A stretch of 64,000 bases of DNA. Source: Actinomycetes bacterium. Its GTDB lineage: Bacteria; Actinomycetota; Thermoleophilia; BMS3ABIN01. A program made the position numbers and the translations under genes. Positions 1 to 16,345 of the stretch are shown here, in pieces (position 1 is the stretch's first letter; each line of letters begins with the position of its first letter). Location: positions 10,921-74,920 of the forward strand of contig JAJYXB010000008.1 of assembly GCA_021791195.1 (NCBI GenBank), written 5' to 3'. The notes under the pieces are model-generated. The model worked only from the letters and a program-made list of their open reading frames with translations. It ran no database searches and was not told the origin of the DNA.

Positions 1-189
1 GCGGACACCATCAGCACTTATGAGATCGACCCGCGGCTGTCTGATTTCGAGGAGCAGGTCCTGGAACAAAGCGTGGCGGCGCCCAAGCCAGGCAGACGTC
101 ACCCGGCGTCCGGGAAGGCAGCGGCCAGCCGTGCTACAGGCAAATCAAGCGCCATCCAGAAGAAAAAAGCGAAAGGAGCAGCCAAGTGA
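1..189 (+). CDS. 3' end of an unidentified upstream gene (C-terminal fragment with Lys-rich tail)
   Basis: Frame-1 ORF open from the window edge to TGA at 187-189. Its stop overlaps the GTG start of the next gene (GTGA). Confidence 0.35.
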   Translation, partial: ADTISTYEIDPRLSDFEEQVLEQSVAAPKPGRRHPASGKAAASRATGKSSAIQKKKAKGAAK

Positions 190-458
190 GCGTACAGGTA
201 AGGATCCCGTCGCAACTGCGGCAGGTAACCCAGGGCGAGAGCCTCATCGAGATGGACCCGGCCACAGTCGGCGGCATTATCATGGAGCTGGAAAATCGCA
301 ACCCCGGCATTGCCGAGCGCCTGCTGGAAGACGGCGAGCTCAGGCGCTTCATCAACATCTATGTCGACGGCGACGACATCCGCTTCGCCGACGGGCTGGC
401 TACCGAAGTCAGCGACGGCAGCGAGGTCAGCATCGTGCCTGCGGTCGCCGGCGGCTAA
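186..458 (+). CDS. MoaD/ThiS-family sulfur-carrier protein (C-terminal Gly-Gly)
   Basis: 90-aa product ending in ...AVAGG, the beta-grasp carrier signature. GTG start overlaps the upstream stop. Confidence 0.7.
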   Translation: MSVQVRIPSQLRQVTQGESLIEMDPATVGGIIMELENRNPGIAERLLEDGELRRFINIYVDGDDIRFADGLATEVSDGSEVSIVPAVAGG

Positions 459-480
459 CTCGCGTAACATCTTTCACCCT

Positions 481-511
481 AAAAAGGCGCCCCCGTGGAG
501 CGCCTTTTTTT
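481..511. terminator. Bidirectional intrinsic terminator between the convergent MoaD-like gene and lon
   Basis: aaaaaGGCGCccccgtggaGCGCCttttttt: a GC stem flanked by an A-tract and a T-tract, lying between the two convergent 3' ends. Confidence 0.6.
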
Positions 512-541
512 ATGCTTTGTTTATGCTTTGCCGGCGGCGGC

Positions 542-3033
<2,492 letters not shown>

Positions 3034-3034
<1 letters not shown>

Positions 3035-3495
3035 TACTTTTTGTCCTTTACGCTAATGGGCACCTTGATGGCTGACTTTTTGTGCTCCGCTACGGGCAGA
3101 CGCAGTGTCAGGAAACCATTGAGATATTCTGCTTTCGAGTTGCCGACGTCGACGTTGAGCGGCAACATGATCTTGCGCTTGAAGTGACCGTAGTCGATCT
3201 CCATCTGTTGGTAGACTTTCTCCCCGGCCTGCTGCGGATCAAAACGGTTGCCCTCCACCAGCAGGGTTTTATCCTGGATGGTGATCTGGACTTCGTCGGG
3301 AGCGATACCGGGGATCTCCAGCTTGACAATCACTTCGTGGGAATCTTTCACGCAATAAACGTCGGCGAGGGGCTGAAACGCCCCGCCCTTCATCATCCTC
3401 AGCCTGGGTCCGCCGTAGAAACGGTAGAACATCTCCTCGATCTCGGTCGAGAGACGCTCGAACTCGGCAAAAGGATTGTTCTTCTTGGGCATCAT
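3034..3495 (-). CDS. Hsp20/alpha-crystallin family small heat-shock protein
   Basis: 153-aa product with an alpha-crystallin domain pattern. Its stop overlaps the lon start (ATGA), implying an hsp20-lon operon. Confidence 0.85.
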
Positions 3496-3674
3496 CTCAA
3501 GTCCTCCGTCAGGGACGCCGCCGGCGCCGGGTAAAGTTGATCATGCGTTGCCGGGAACAGGGTTTTAACGCTTCAAAAGATAACACATCCAGCCAGAACA
3601 GTTAATGCGCTGTTAATGTGCCTGATGCGCTCGCCCGGGTTTGCCCTTTATGGCCACGGCTTCGCCCTGCTTTA

Positions 3675-3702
3675 GCAATAAGCGTTTGCCCATGTTTATT
3701 GC
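3675..3702. promoter_or_regulatory. Inverted repeat GCAATAA-N14-TTATTGC upstream of hsp20-lon (possible operator)
   Basis: Perfect 7-bp inverted repeat about 180-210 bp upstream of the hsp20 start. It does not match the CIRCE consensus. Confidence 0.25.
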
Positions 3703-4016
3703 CTGAAAGGGACAATCCTAATCATGGTTCAGTAAGCAGGCTCCCTGACCGTCAAGTCATGTATTTTGCCCGTCGAAACCCGGCAGTTACCGGTATTCCG
3801 TTCGCGCCATCGATGACTCCGGCGGCGGCATCGCCAATGCTGAAGTGGCCATCCGGCTGGATGTGACGTAGCGTTGCAAAGCTGCGTATCACCGGATCCT
3901 CCGGCCGGTCAATCGCGCGGAGGGACGCCCGCATGAGCCTGACTTCCAGGGAGAAGAAGGCGGCTTGCGGCAGGCCGGGAGCGCCGGCGATGAACCTGTC
4001 CGGCGCGGAGGGTTTC

Positions 4017-4220
4017 CTATCGCCGGCGCGACCCCCGGCGCCGGCTGCTCAGCTTCAGCAGCTGGCGTCCCAGCGCCAGGCCGGCGAAGAGGGACGCCGC
4101 ATACACTGCCAGCGTGGCGTTGCCGATCTCCCAGTGCAGAAAACGTGACATGACGGCCACGCCAGCGACCGCCAGGGCGGCCAGCAGCAGATAATCAAAG
4201 TATTTGTTGAACCACCGCAT
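4017..4220 (-). CDS. Hypothetical small membrane protein (2 predicted TM helices)
   Basis: 67-aa ORF immediately downstream of serA. Hydrophobic, but no clear Shine-Dalgarno sequence. Confidence 0.3.
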   Translation of the reverse strand: MRWFNKYFDYLLLAALAVAGVAVMSRFLHWEIGNATLAVYAASLFAGLALGRQLLKLSSRRRGSRRR

Positions 4221-4228
4221 GAAACCGT

Positions 4229-5833
4229 TTAAGGGAACGTAATAAACGTGACATCATCGAATTCCGGCTGGTTGCGGATCTCCTCCAGCACCTCCGCCGG
4301 GATGGGCTTGTCGAGCGTCACGCTCATGACCGCCTTGCCGCCCATCTTCTTGCGACCTACGTTCATGTTGGCGATATTGATGTCATGGCTGCCGAGAATG
4401 GTGCCGACGCGGCCGATCATGCCGGGGACGTCGTCGTAGCGGAAGAAAGCCATGTACAGGCCCGGCTCGATGTCGATGTCGTGGCGGTAGATGCGCACGA
4501 ACCGCGGCCGGTGCTTGGGGCCGATGGTGGTGCCGCCTACCGTCAGCTCGCCGCGCTTGTCCTGGGACGTCACCGTGATCAGGTTGGTGAAATCCACCGC
4601 CTGTTTCTGCTTCGATTCGGTCACCTTGATGCCACGCTCCTCGGCGATACTCTCGGCGTTGACATAGTTGACCGTGTCCTCGACGCGGCCCTCGAAAGCG
4701 CCCTTGAAGAAAGCCACCGTCAGCAGCTTGGTATTGAACTCCGCCAGCGCCCCCTGATAGGTGATGTCGAATTTCTCCAGCGGCCCGTCAGCGATCTCGA
4801 CGATCAGCCGGCCCAGTTTCTCAACCAGTGGCAGGAACGGACGCACCACGTTCATCTCCTCCGGGCTGACCGGCGCGATGTTGACCGCGTTGCTGACAAA
4901 ACGGTCGTTCAGCGCCGCCGCCACCTGTTCGGCGATGATCGTGCCGGCGCGATCCTGGGCCTCGATAGTGGAGGCGCCCAGATGCGGCGTGGCGATCAGG
5001 TTGTCGAACTCCAGCAGCGGGTTGCCGGCCGGTGGCTCGGTTTCGAACACGTCCAGCGCGGCGCCGGCGCACTTGCCGGACTTGAGCGCTTCCAGCAGCG
5101 CCGCCTCCTTGACGATGCCGCCACGGGCGCAGTTGACGATGCGAACGCCATCCTTCATCTTCGCGAAAGCGGCCTCGTCGACAAATCCCGCCGTCTCCGG
5201 GCTCTTGGGCAGATGCACGGTGATGAAATCCGCACGTTTATACAAATCATCGATGCTCTCAACACCTTCGACGCCAAGCTCTTCGAAGCGGGCGGCACTG
5301 ATGTAAGGATCGAACGCGACCACTTTCATCTTCAGGCCCTTGGCCCGCTGCGCCACCAGCACCCCGATGCGGCCGAAGCCGATGACGCCCAGCACCTTTT
5401 CGGCCAGCTCGACGCCGCCGAAACTGGAGCGCTCCCACTTGCCCGCCTTGAGCGAGGCGTTGGCCTGGGCGATGTTGCGGCTCTGCGCCAGCAGCAGGCC
5501 GATGGTATGCTCCGCCGCCGCCACGATGTTGCTCTGGGGGGCGTTGGCGACGATGACGCCTTTCTTCGTCGCCGCCTTGACGTCGACGTTGTCGACGCCG
5601 ATGCCGGCCCGGCCGATCACTTTCAGCTGACCGGCAGCTTCGATGATGTCGCCGGTCATTTTGGTGCCGCTGCGGATGATGATGGCGTTATACTGACCGA
5701 TCTCATCCGCCAGCTGCTCCTGAGCGATGTCCAGCCGCACGTCGACATCGAACTCCTGCCTGAGCAGTTCTATGCCGCTGTCGGCGATCTTCTCCTTGAC
5801 CAGAACGCGGGGTTTGCTGCCAGCGGCGCTCAT
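4229..5833 (-). CDS. serA: D-3-phosphoglycerate dehydrogenase with C-terminal ACT domain
   Basis: NAD-binding GxGxxG (GVIGFGRIG), 2-hydroxyacid dehydrogenase catalytic residues, and a C-terminal ACT domain. Confidence 0.95.
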   Translation of the reverse strand: MSAAGSKPRVLVKEKIADSGIELLRQEFDVDVRLDIAQEQLADEIGQYNAIIIRSGTKMTGDIIEAAGQLKVIGRAGIGVDNVDVKAATKKGVIVANAPQSNIVAAAEHTIGLLLAQSRNIAQANASLKAGKWERSSFGGVELAEKVLGVIGFGRIGVLVAQRAKGLKMKVVAFDPYISAARFEELGVEGVESIDDLYKRADFITVHLPKSPETAGFVDEAAFAKMKDGVRIVNCARGGIVKEAALLEALKSGKCAGAALDVFETEPPAGNPLLEFDNLIATPHLGASTIEAQDRAGTIIAEQVAAALNDRFVSNAVNIAPVSPEEMNVVRPFLPLVEKLGRLIVEIADGPLEKFDITYQGALAEFNTKLLTVAFFKGAFEGRVEDTVNYVNAESIAEERGIKVTESKQKQAVDFTNLITVTSQDKRGELTVGGTTIGPKHRPRFVRIYRHDIDIEPGLYMAFFRYDDVPGMIGRVGTILGSHDINIANMNVGRKKMGGKAVMSVTLDKPIPAEVLEEIRNQPEFDDVTFITFP

Positions 5834-6984
5834 ACCGTCTCCTCTCCGAAGATGAGTTCCGCTGCCTTGATGCCGGAGCCCAGCTCAACCGGATGGCCCA
5901 GCTCTTTCAGCGCCAGTTCCAGCGCCGCGATGGCGACGATGATGTCGGTGTAGTTGTAATAGCCGCAGTGTCCGATGCGGATGATCTTGCCCTTCACCGG
6001 GCCCTGACCGCCGGCGAACTGCACGCCGAAGCGGTCGCGCGTAAGGCTGCGCAGCCTGCCATCCTCAATACCTTCGGGCAGGCGTACCGCGGTCACCGAG
6101 CTGGAGCTGTCGTCGTCTGGCGAGAACAGCTCCAGACCCATCCCCTTGATGGCAGCGCGGCAGGCGCGGCCCATGACGATGTGTCGTCGAAAGAGATTTT
6201 CGAGGCCTTCCTCGCGGATGAGGCCCAGCGCCGCGTCCAGGCCCACCATGAGCGACACCGCCGGCGTGAACGCCGTCGTCGGCTGCGCCTGCTGGAGCCC
6301 TTTGCGCGCCTTCAGCCAGTCGAAATAAAAGCGCGGCAGGCGGGCTTTCTCCGCCAGCGCCCATGCCTTGTCGCTGACGCTGACGAAGGCCAGCCCCGGC
6401 GGGATCATCAAGGCTTTCTGCGAACCGGCGACGACCACGTCCACCTGCCAGGCGTCGGTCCTGATCTCGGCCGAGCCCATGCCGCTGATCGAGTCGGTGA
6501 CCAGCACCGCGTCGTGGTCCTCCACGGCGGCGCCGATCGCCTGCATGTCATTGACCACGCCAGTCGAGGTCTCGCTATGGGTGACGAACACCACCTTGAT
6601 GTGCGGGTCGGCCTCGAGCGAGCGGGCGATGTCGTCCGGATCCACTGGTTGTCCATATTCATATTCGTGATATTCTGCGTCCAGGCCGTAGGCGGCGGCG
6701 AGATCGCGCCAGCGCTCGCCGAACTTGCCGCAGGCAGCGACCAGCACGCGGTCGCCCGGCGAGCAGAGGTTGATGACAGCCGACTCCATGGCGCCGGTGC
6801 CGGATGAAGCGAAAGACAGCACGTCATTTTCCGTCTGGTAAACGTATTTGAGGTTCTCGTTGACGCGCGCGAACAGCTCTGAGTACTCGCCGGTGCGATG
6901 ATGGATGATCGGCCGCGCCATCGCCGACAGAACCTGCGGCGGCACCTGCGTCGGACCGGGGGTCATTAGGAATTTCTTGATCAT
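5830..6984 (-). CDS. Class-V aminotransferase (serine-pyruvate / phosphoserine aminotransferase-like); probable SerC function
   Basis: Aminotransferase class V fold (GSQKAL... PLP-lysine region). The gene overlaps the serA start by 4 nt. Confidence 0.8.
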   Translation of the reverse strand: MIKKFLMTPGPTQVPPQVLSAMARPIIHHRTGEYSELFARVNENLKYVYQTENDVLSFASSGTGAMESAVINLCSPGDRVLVAACGKFGERWRDLAAAYGLDAEYHEYEYGQPVDPDDIARSLEADPHIKVVFVTHSETSTGVVNDMQAIGAAVEDHDAVLVTDSISGMGSAEIRTDAWQVDVVVAGSQKALMIPPGLAFVSVSDKAWALAEKARLPRFYFDWLKARKGLQQAQPTTAFTPAVSLMVGLDAALGLIREEGLENLFRRHIVMGRACRAAIKGMGLELFSPDDDSSSSVTAVRLPEGIEDGRLRSLTRDRFGVQFAGGQGPVKGKIIRIGHCGYYNYTDIIVAIAALELALKELGHPVELGSGIKAAELIFGEETV

Positions 6985-6991
6985 GCCAGCC

Positions 6992-8005
<1,014 letters not shown>

Positions 8006-8006
8006 A

Positions 8007-8102
8007 GGGGACGTTCCTTTCCTAAAGTTCCTAATTCATTTGCGAGGCCGCCCTTTCCAGGCCAGTTCCCTGAATTAGGAACTTTAGGAAAGGAACGTCC
8101 CC
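8007..8102. repeat. MITE/REP-like element with 32-bp perfect terminal inverted repeat (copy A)
   Basis: GGGGACGTTCCTTTCCTAAAGTTCCTAATTCA ... 32-nt loop ... TGAATTAGGAACTTTAGGAAAGGAACGTCCCC. It fills the ilvH-ilvC spacer. A related copy is at 60084-60169. Confidence 0.65.
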
Positions 8103-8107
8103 GCTTG

Positions 8108-8584
8108 CTATTTTTCGCCGCGCTCGATGGCGATGCGGCCGGTCCGCACGATCTCGGCCACGTTCGGCTTCAGCAGCAGCTCCAGCGCCTCGATCTTTTC
8201 CGCCGTGCCGGTGATCTCGATCGTCATCGTCTTGCGGCTGACGTCCAGGATCTTCGCCCGGAAAATCTCGGCGATCTGCATCACCTCACCGCGGCTTCTG
8301 GCGTCGGATTTCACCTTGATCAGCGCCAGCTCCCGCGCCACGGTGTTGTCCGGATCGAGGTCGGTGATCTTGATGACGTTGATCAGTTTGTGCAGCTGCT
8401 TGGTCACCTGCTCGATCGGATGCTCGGCGGCGTTGACGGTGATCGTCATCCGCGAGACGTCGGGGTTCTCGGTGACGCCGACGGCGAGGCTGTCGATGTT
8501 GAACCCGCGGCGTGAGAACAGGCCCGCGATCCGGGCCAGGACGCCGGGCTTGTTTTCCACCATGACTGACAGCGTGTGTTTCAA
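8108..8584 (-). CDS. ilvH: Acetolactate synthase small (regulatory) subunit
   Basis: (M)[29 protein letters not shown] is an ACT-domain IlvH N-terminus. Probable TTG start at 8584 overlapping the ilvB stop (TTGA). The alternative ATG is at 8563. Confidence 0.85.
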   Translation of the reverse strand: MKHTLSVMVENKPGVLARIAGLFSRRGFNIDSLAVGVTENPDVSRMTITVNAAEHPIEQVTKQLHKLINVIKITDLDPDNTVARELALIKVKSDARSRGEVMQIAEIFRAKILDVSRKTMTIEITGTAEKIEALELLLKPNVAEIVRTGRIAIERGEK

Positions 8585-10266
8585 CTCTTGTGCCCCCCGA
8601 TCATCTCGTCGATGGACTTGCCAGCCGGCACCATGGGGAAGACGTTCTCCTCTGCCTTGACGCGGAAATCCAGCACCGCCGGTCTTTTCGCCTTGATCGC
8701 CGTGCGGATGGCGTCGCCGACATCGTTCTTGTCGGTGATCGTCATGCCGAGGGCGCCATACGCCTCGGCCACGGCAGCAAAATCCGGCTGGCAGGAAATG
8801 GCCGTCTCCGAATAGCGTTTGTTCCAGAACAGCTCCTGCCACTGGCGCACCATGCCCAGGTAACCGTTGTTGAGGATGCAGACGATGACCGGGATATCGT
8901 TGCAGACGGCGGTGGCCAGCTCCTGGATGTTCATCTGGAAGCTGCCGTCGCCGGCGACGTCGATCACCGTCTTTTCCGGCCGGCCCACCTTGGCGCCGAT
9001 GCTGGCCGGAAAGCCGAAGCCCATCGTCCCCAGGCCGCCAGAGCTGACAAAATGCCGTGGCTTGACATGTGTATAAAACAGGCAGGACCACATCTGGTGC
9101 TGGCCGACGTCGGTGCAGAGGATGGCGTCACTTTTGGTGACGCGGTTGATCTCCTCGATCACGAACTGGGGCATGATGGCGCCCTTCTCATCCTTGTAGT
9201 GCAGCGGATGCTTCTTTTTCCAGGCGATCACCTGCTCGAGCCAGGCGGCCGTCTTCTTCGGCTCGCGCTTCATCTTCTTCAGTTCCTGCAGGATGCCGGC
9301 CAGCACATCCCTGGCGTCGCCGACGATCGGCACGTCGATGGCAACGTTCTTGCTGATCTCGGCCGGGTCCATGTCGATATGGATCTTCTTTGCGTGCCGG
9401 GCGAAGGTATCGATCTTGCCAGTGACGCGGTCGTCAAAACGGGCGCCCACGCCGATGAGCAGGTCGCAATGGGTGACAGCATAGTTGGCGTAGCCGGTGC
9501 CGTGCATGCCCAGCATCCCCAGCGACAGGTCGTTGTTCTCGGGAAAGGAGCCCAGTCCCATCAGCGTCGTGGTCACCGGTATCTTCATCAGCCTGGCCAG
9601 CGCCAGCAGCTCTTTCTCCGCCCCGGCGGTGATGACGCCGCCGCCGGCGTAAAACACCGGCTTCGAGGCGGCCGCGATTGCCTGGGCCGCGGCCTTGATC
9701 TGCTTGCGGTTGCCCTTGAGCGTCGGCTTGTAACCGGGCAGGTTGATCCGGCCCGCCGGCTTGTAGTCAATGTCGGCCAGCTGCATGTCGGACGGGATGT
9801 CGATCAGGACCGGCCCGGGCCTGCCCGTCGAGGCGATGTAAAACGCCTCCTTGAACACCCGCGGAATATCCTTCGTATCCTTGATCAGATAGCTGTGCTT
9901 GACAACCGGCTCGGTGATGCCGGTAATGTCCGCCTCCTGGAAGGCGTCGGTTCCGATCAAGTCGCTGCGCGCCTGTCCGGTAATTGCCACCATCGGCGTC
10001 GAGTCCATATAGGCGTTGGCGATGCCGGTCACCAGATTGGTGGCGCCGGGCCCGCTGGTTGCGATGCAGACACCGGTTTTGCCGGTGGCGCGGGCGTAGC
10101 CGTCCGCCATGTGCGCGGCGCCCTGCTCGTGGCGCACGAGGATGTGCCGCATGTCGGAATCGAACAGTGCGTCGTAAAGCGGGATCACCATGCCGCCGGG
10201 CAGGCCGAAGACGACGTCAACTCCGGCCGCCTTCAAAGATTCGATTATGATTTCCGAGCCCTTCAT
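8581..10266 (-). CDS. ilvB: Acetolactate synthase large subunit (ThDP-dependent)
   Basis: ThDP-binding motifs (GDGSFQMN...) and FAD-binding AHAS architecture. 561 aa. Confidence 0.95.
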   Translation of the reverse strand: MKGSEIIIESLKAAGVDVVFGLPGGMVIPLYDALFDSDMRHILVRHEQGAAHMADGYARATGKTGVCIATSGPGATNLVTGIANAYMDSTPMVAITGQARSDLIGTDAFQEADITGITEPVVKHSYLIKDTKDIPRVFKEAFYIASTGRPGPVLIDIPSDMQLADIDYKPAGRINLPGYKPTLKGNRKQIKAAAQAIAAASKPVFYAGGGVITAGAEKELLALARLMKIPVTTTLMGLGSFPENNDLSLGMLGMHGTGYANYAVTHCDLLIGVGARFDDRVTGKIDTFARHAKKIHIDMDPAEISKNVAIDVPIVGDARDVLAGILQELKKMKREPKKTAAWLEQVIAWKKKHPLHYKDEKGAIMPQFVIEEINRVTKSDAILCTDVGQHQMWSCLFYTHVKPRHFVSSGGLGTMGFGFPASIGAKVGRPEKTVIDVAGDGSFQMNIQELATAVCNDIPVIVCILNNGYLGMVRQWQELFWNKRYSETAISCQPDFAAVAEAYGALGMTITDKNDVGDAIRTAIKAKRPAVLDFRVKAEENVFPMVPAGKSIDEMIGGHKS

Positions 10267-11927
10267 GAGACTACCGCGCCCTCCTCGGCACCGTGCACAA
10301 GCTTAACATACCTGGACAGAAAGCCGCTCTGGTAGCGCGGTTCGGGCTGCTGCCAGGATGCGGCGCGCGCCTTCAGCACCTGCTCGTCCACCAGCAGGTT
10401 GAGGCTCCGGCCGGGAATGTCTATCTCGATCTCGTCACCGTCCTCGACCAGGGCGATCGGACCGCCCGTGAACGCTTCCGGCGAGACGTGGCCGATGCTG
10501 GCCCCCCGGGTCGCACCCGAGAAGCGGCCGTCGGTGATCAGCGCCACCTGCTGGTCCAGACCGGCTCCAGCGATGGCCGAGGTCGGCGTCAGCATCTCCG
10601 GCATGCCCGGGCCGCCCTTGGGACCCTGGTAGCGGATGACCACGACGCTGCCGGGTTTGACCGCACCGTGCCCGATCGCCTCCACCAGATCGATCTCGGT
10701 CTCGAAGACCAGCGCCGGACCGCGGTGCCTGAGCATCTCCGGCAGGACCGCCGACTCCTTGACTACGGCGCCGTCAGGCGCCAGGTTGCCGAAGAGCACG
10801 GCCAGACCGCCGGTCTCATGGTAGGCGTTGTCCACGGGCCGGATGACATCAGCGTCGCGCACTCTGGCGCTCTCAACCTGCTCGGCGATGCTCTTGCCGG
10901 TTACCGTCTTTGCCGAACCGTCGAGCTTGCCGGCATCAAGCAATTCCTTCATCAGCGCCTGCACGCCACCGGCGCGATAGAGATCTTCCATGTGATAGGA
11001 GCCTCCGGGCCGCAGGGAGCACAGGTGCGGGGTCACCGCCGTGATCTCATTGACCGCGGACAGCTCGAAGTCCAGACCGATTTCATGCGCGACCGCGGCC
11101 AGATGCAGCACGGTATTGGTAGAGCAACCCATGGAGGAATCGACAGCCAGCGCGTTGCGGATAGCTGTCTCCGTCACCAGATCACGCGGCCGCAGCCCTT
11201 CGCTCACCAGTTCGACGGCACGCTGCCCGGCGCGCCGGGCCAGCCGGATGCGAGCCGCATCCACCGCCGGGATCGTGCCGTTCCCGGGCAGACCCAGGCC
11301 GAGGACTTCCGTCAGGCAATTCATCGAGTTGGCAGTGAACAGGCCGGAACACGATCCGCAGCCGGGACAGGCGCAGCTCTCTATCCGCGCCACTTGCTGC
11401 TCGCTGATCTTGCCGGTGATCGCCGCCCCCACGGCCTCGAAAACGCTGTTAAGATCGATCTTCTCCCCTTCCAGCTCACCGGCCATCATCGGTCCGCCGC
11501 TGATGACCATGGCTGGCACATTGACCCTGAGCGCCCCCATCATCATCCCCGGCACTATCTTGTCGCAATTGGGGATGAGCACCAGCCCGTCAAAGGCGTG
11601 GGCCCTTGCCATCACTTCGATCTCGTCGGCGATCAGCTCGCGGCTGGCCAGCGAGAAGCGCATGCCCTCATGGTTCATGGCGATGCCGTCGCAGACGCCG
11701 ATGCCGCCAAACTCGAAGGGAACGCCGCCCGCGGCCCAGATGCCGGCCTTGACCGCGTCGGCGATCTGGCGCAGGTGCAGATGGCCGGGGATGATCTCGT
11801 TGAATGAGTTGGCCACACCGATGAACGGCCGTTCGAGATCGCTGTCGTTCAGGCCCAGCGCCTTAAGCAGCGACCGGTGCGGCGCCTTTGTGATCCCCTT
11901 TTTGATTGCCTCGCTGGGCAGTGCCAA
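10263..11927 (-). CDS. ilvD: Dihydroxy-acid dehydratase
   Basis: Contains [11 protein letters not shown] and CPGCGSCSG Fe-S motifs. The ORF extends to 12047. The conserved N-terminus ([19 protein letters not shown]) begins at a TTG at 11927, preceded by GGAAGGATGGAG. Confidence 0.9.
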   Translation of the reverse strand: MALPSEAIKKGITKAPHRSLLKALGLNDSDLERPFIGVANSFNEIIPGHLHLRQIADAVKAGIWAAGGVPFEFGGIGVCDGIAMNHEGMRFSLASRELIADEIEVMARAHAFDGLVLIPNCDKIVPGMMMGALRVNVPAMVISGGPMMAGELEGEKIDLNSVFEAVGAAITGKISEQQVARIESCACPGCGSCSGLFTANSMNCLTEVLGLGLPGNGTIPAVDAARIRLARRAGQRAVELVSEGLRPRDLVTETAIRNALAVDSSMGCSTNTVLHLAAVAHEIGLDFELSAVNEITAVTPHLCSLRPGGSYHMEDLYRAGGVQALMKELLDAGKLDGSAKTVTGKSIAEQVESARVRDADVIRPVDNAYHETGGLAVLFGNLAPDGAVVKESAVLPEMLRHRGPALVFETEIDLVEAIGHGAVKPGSVVVIRYQGPKGGPGMPEMLTPTSAIAGAGLDQQVALITDGRFSGATRGASIGHVSPEAFTGGPIALVEDGDEIEIDIPGRSLNLLVDEQVLKARAASWQQPEPRYQSGFLSRYVKLVHGAEEGAVVS

Positions 11928-12123
11928 AGCTCCATCCTTCCAGCCAGCTATTTCACTACAGAAACCCGCGGCAGGGCGGGCAAGCCAATATATTAACACA
12001 CGGCTCTCAAAAATCCTTGCCAAACCGGCTGCGAAGCGGAAACACAAAAACCGGATGTGGCCAAAACCGCCAGCAAACTATAGGATATAAGAATGAATGC
12101 CCGCCCGCCGCGGGCCAACTGAC

Positions 12124-14970
<2,847 letters not shown>

Positions 14971-15011
14971 GATGACCGGCTGACTGGCGGCAGTCGGCCT
15001 GGATCGAAAGG

Positions 15012-15386
15012 GTGGCCATGAAAGCAAAAGTATTACTGGTGGAAGATAACGTCATGAATCAGCGGCTGGCGGAATTCGTGCTGGAGCGCGACGGCTTCGA
15101 GGTGATCGCAACCGCCTCCGCGGAAGAGGCGATCAGGATCGCCGGAAAGATGCTCCCGGACATCATCCTGATGGACATGCAGCTTCCCGGCATGGATGGG
15201 CTGGAGGCTACCGGCCAGCTGAAGCAGAACCCGCTCACCAGCGCGATCCCGGTGGTGGCGCTGACGGCGCACGCGATGATCGGTGACGAGGAGCGCTTCA
15301 TCAGTTCCGGCTGCGAGGGTTACATCGCCAAACCGATCCAGACGCGCGAACTGGCGGGAATGGTGAAGAAATTCCTGAATCAATAA
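15012..15386 (+). CDS. Single-domain response regulator (CheY-like receiver)
   Basis: 124-aa product with the ILMDMQLPGMDG receiver signature. Confidence 0.85.
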   Translation: MAMKAKVLLVEDNVMNQRLAEFVLERDGFEVIATASAEEAIRIAGKMLPDIILMDMQLPGMDGLEATGQLKQNPLTSAIPVVALTAHAMIGDEERFISSGCEGYIAKPIQTRELAGMVKKFLNQ

Positions 15387-15452
15387 TGGCCGTGACCGGG
15401 GCGTGCGCCCCGGCCCGGCGCCTGATCCGCCCAGCGCCGCCCGGTTTTTCCC

Positions 15453-15495
15453 GGGGGGACCTTTGATAGAAGTTAAGAAAGTGAAGGAACGTCCC
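15453..15495. repeat. Degenerate or short copy of the GGGGACGTTCC...GGAACGTCCC element family
   Basis: GGGGGGACCTTTG...GAAAGTGAAGGAACGTCCC resembles both ends of the 8007-8102 element. Confidence 0.3.
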
Positions 15496-15724
15496 TGTTT
15501 CTGGTTTTGCCCGCCCCGTTTTGCTAATGTAGGTTTCAGGGCAGGATTAAGCATGAACCTGTCGCCCTGATGGACCAGTAAGTTGATTTCTTCCCCGGCT
15601 GGCCGGATCGCAGCCCGGAGTCCCCAGAGACATCAACCCCGTGAAGCATTTGCAACCGGTGTTTTTCCTTCTGAAAAAAACCACAGCCGCCATACGGCGG
15701 GGCGCCGGCCGGTTATCCGGCAGG

Positions 15725-16321
15725 ATGGCGGTGCCGTTGATCTCCGCGTCGCTGCTGTCGCTGCTGGCGGTGGGCGTCTCCGTCTATCTTGCCCTGTTCG
15801 CCGGCAGATCGCTGCTGCCCGGGCCACTTGCGGGAACGGCAACCATGGAAGCGCCTCGGGTTTCGGTGAACGTTCCGGCGCCGGCAACAACCCCCGCCGG
15901 CCAGCCCGCATCCACACAGGTCGCTCCAGGCAGCGATGCGCCGTCCGCGAGGCCGCTGGCCACATCCTTTATTCTTCAGGCGGTAACTCCTCCCGCGCGC
16001 ACGCAAGCAGCAGCGGCGCCTGTGCCGGCCGTGGAAGCGCGCCGGCCGGAGCCAGCGACAGCGGAGGACCTGACGGCCGGAGCGGCCGGGACACAGAAAA
16101 ATCACGCGATAGCATCCGCAGAAAGTCCGGATAAATCTCCCCGTTTGTACGAAAGCAGCAAGAAGACCGGAACCCCGGCCGGGAATGGAAACGGAAGCAT
16201 CAAAAGCAACGATTCCAGCTCAGGGGCAGAGGCAGCCGGAGAGGCAAGCCGCCCGGCGGCGGATCCCCCCTCCACAAAGGCGTGCCAAAACCACGCTGGC
16301 GGGAAAAGCAGCCGGCGCTGA
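15725..16321 (+). CDS. Hypothetical membrane-anchored Pro/Ala-rich low-complexity protein
   Basis: The only sizeable ORF in a 960-bp gap. It has an N-terminal TM helix followed by a P/A/S-rich tail. Coding status is uncertain. Confidence 0.3.
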   Translation: MAVPLISASLLSLLAVGVSVYLALFAGRSLLPGPLAGTATMEAPRVSVNVPAPATTPAGQPASTQVAPGSDAPSARPLATSFILQAVTPPARTQAAAAPVPAVEARRPEPATAEDLTAGAAGTQKNHAIASAESPDKSPRLYESSKKTGTPAGNGNGSIKSNDSSSGAEAAGEASRPAADPPSTKACQNHAGGKSSRR

Positions 16322-16345
16322 CAACGACTTAAGCGGAAGGCGCGG

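Noticed and set aside
3496-3750. CIRCE/HrcA or HAIR/HspR operator upstream of hsp20
   Set aside because: No TTAGCACTC-N9-GAGTGCTAA or CTTGAGT-N7-ACTCAAG match was found. Only an unrelated 7-bp inverted repeat is present.
11928-12123. Leader peptide, attenuator or T-box upstream of ilvD
   Set aside because: No short ORF rich in Ile/Val/Leu codons and no T-box specifier/antiterminator pattern was found. The region looks like a plain divergent promoter spacer.
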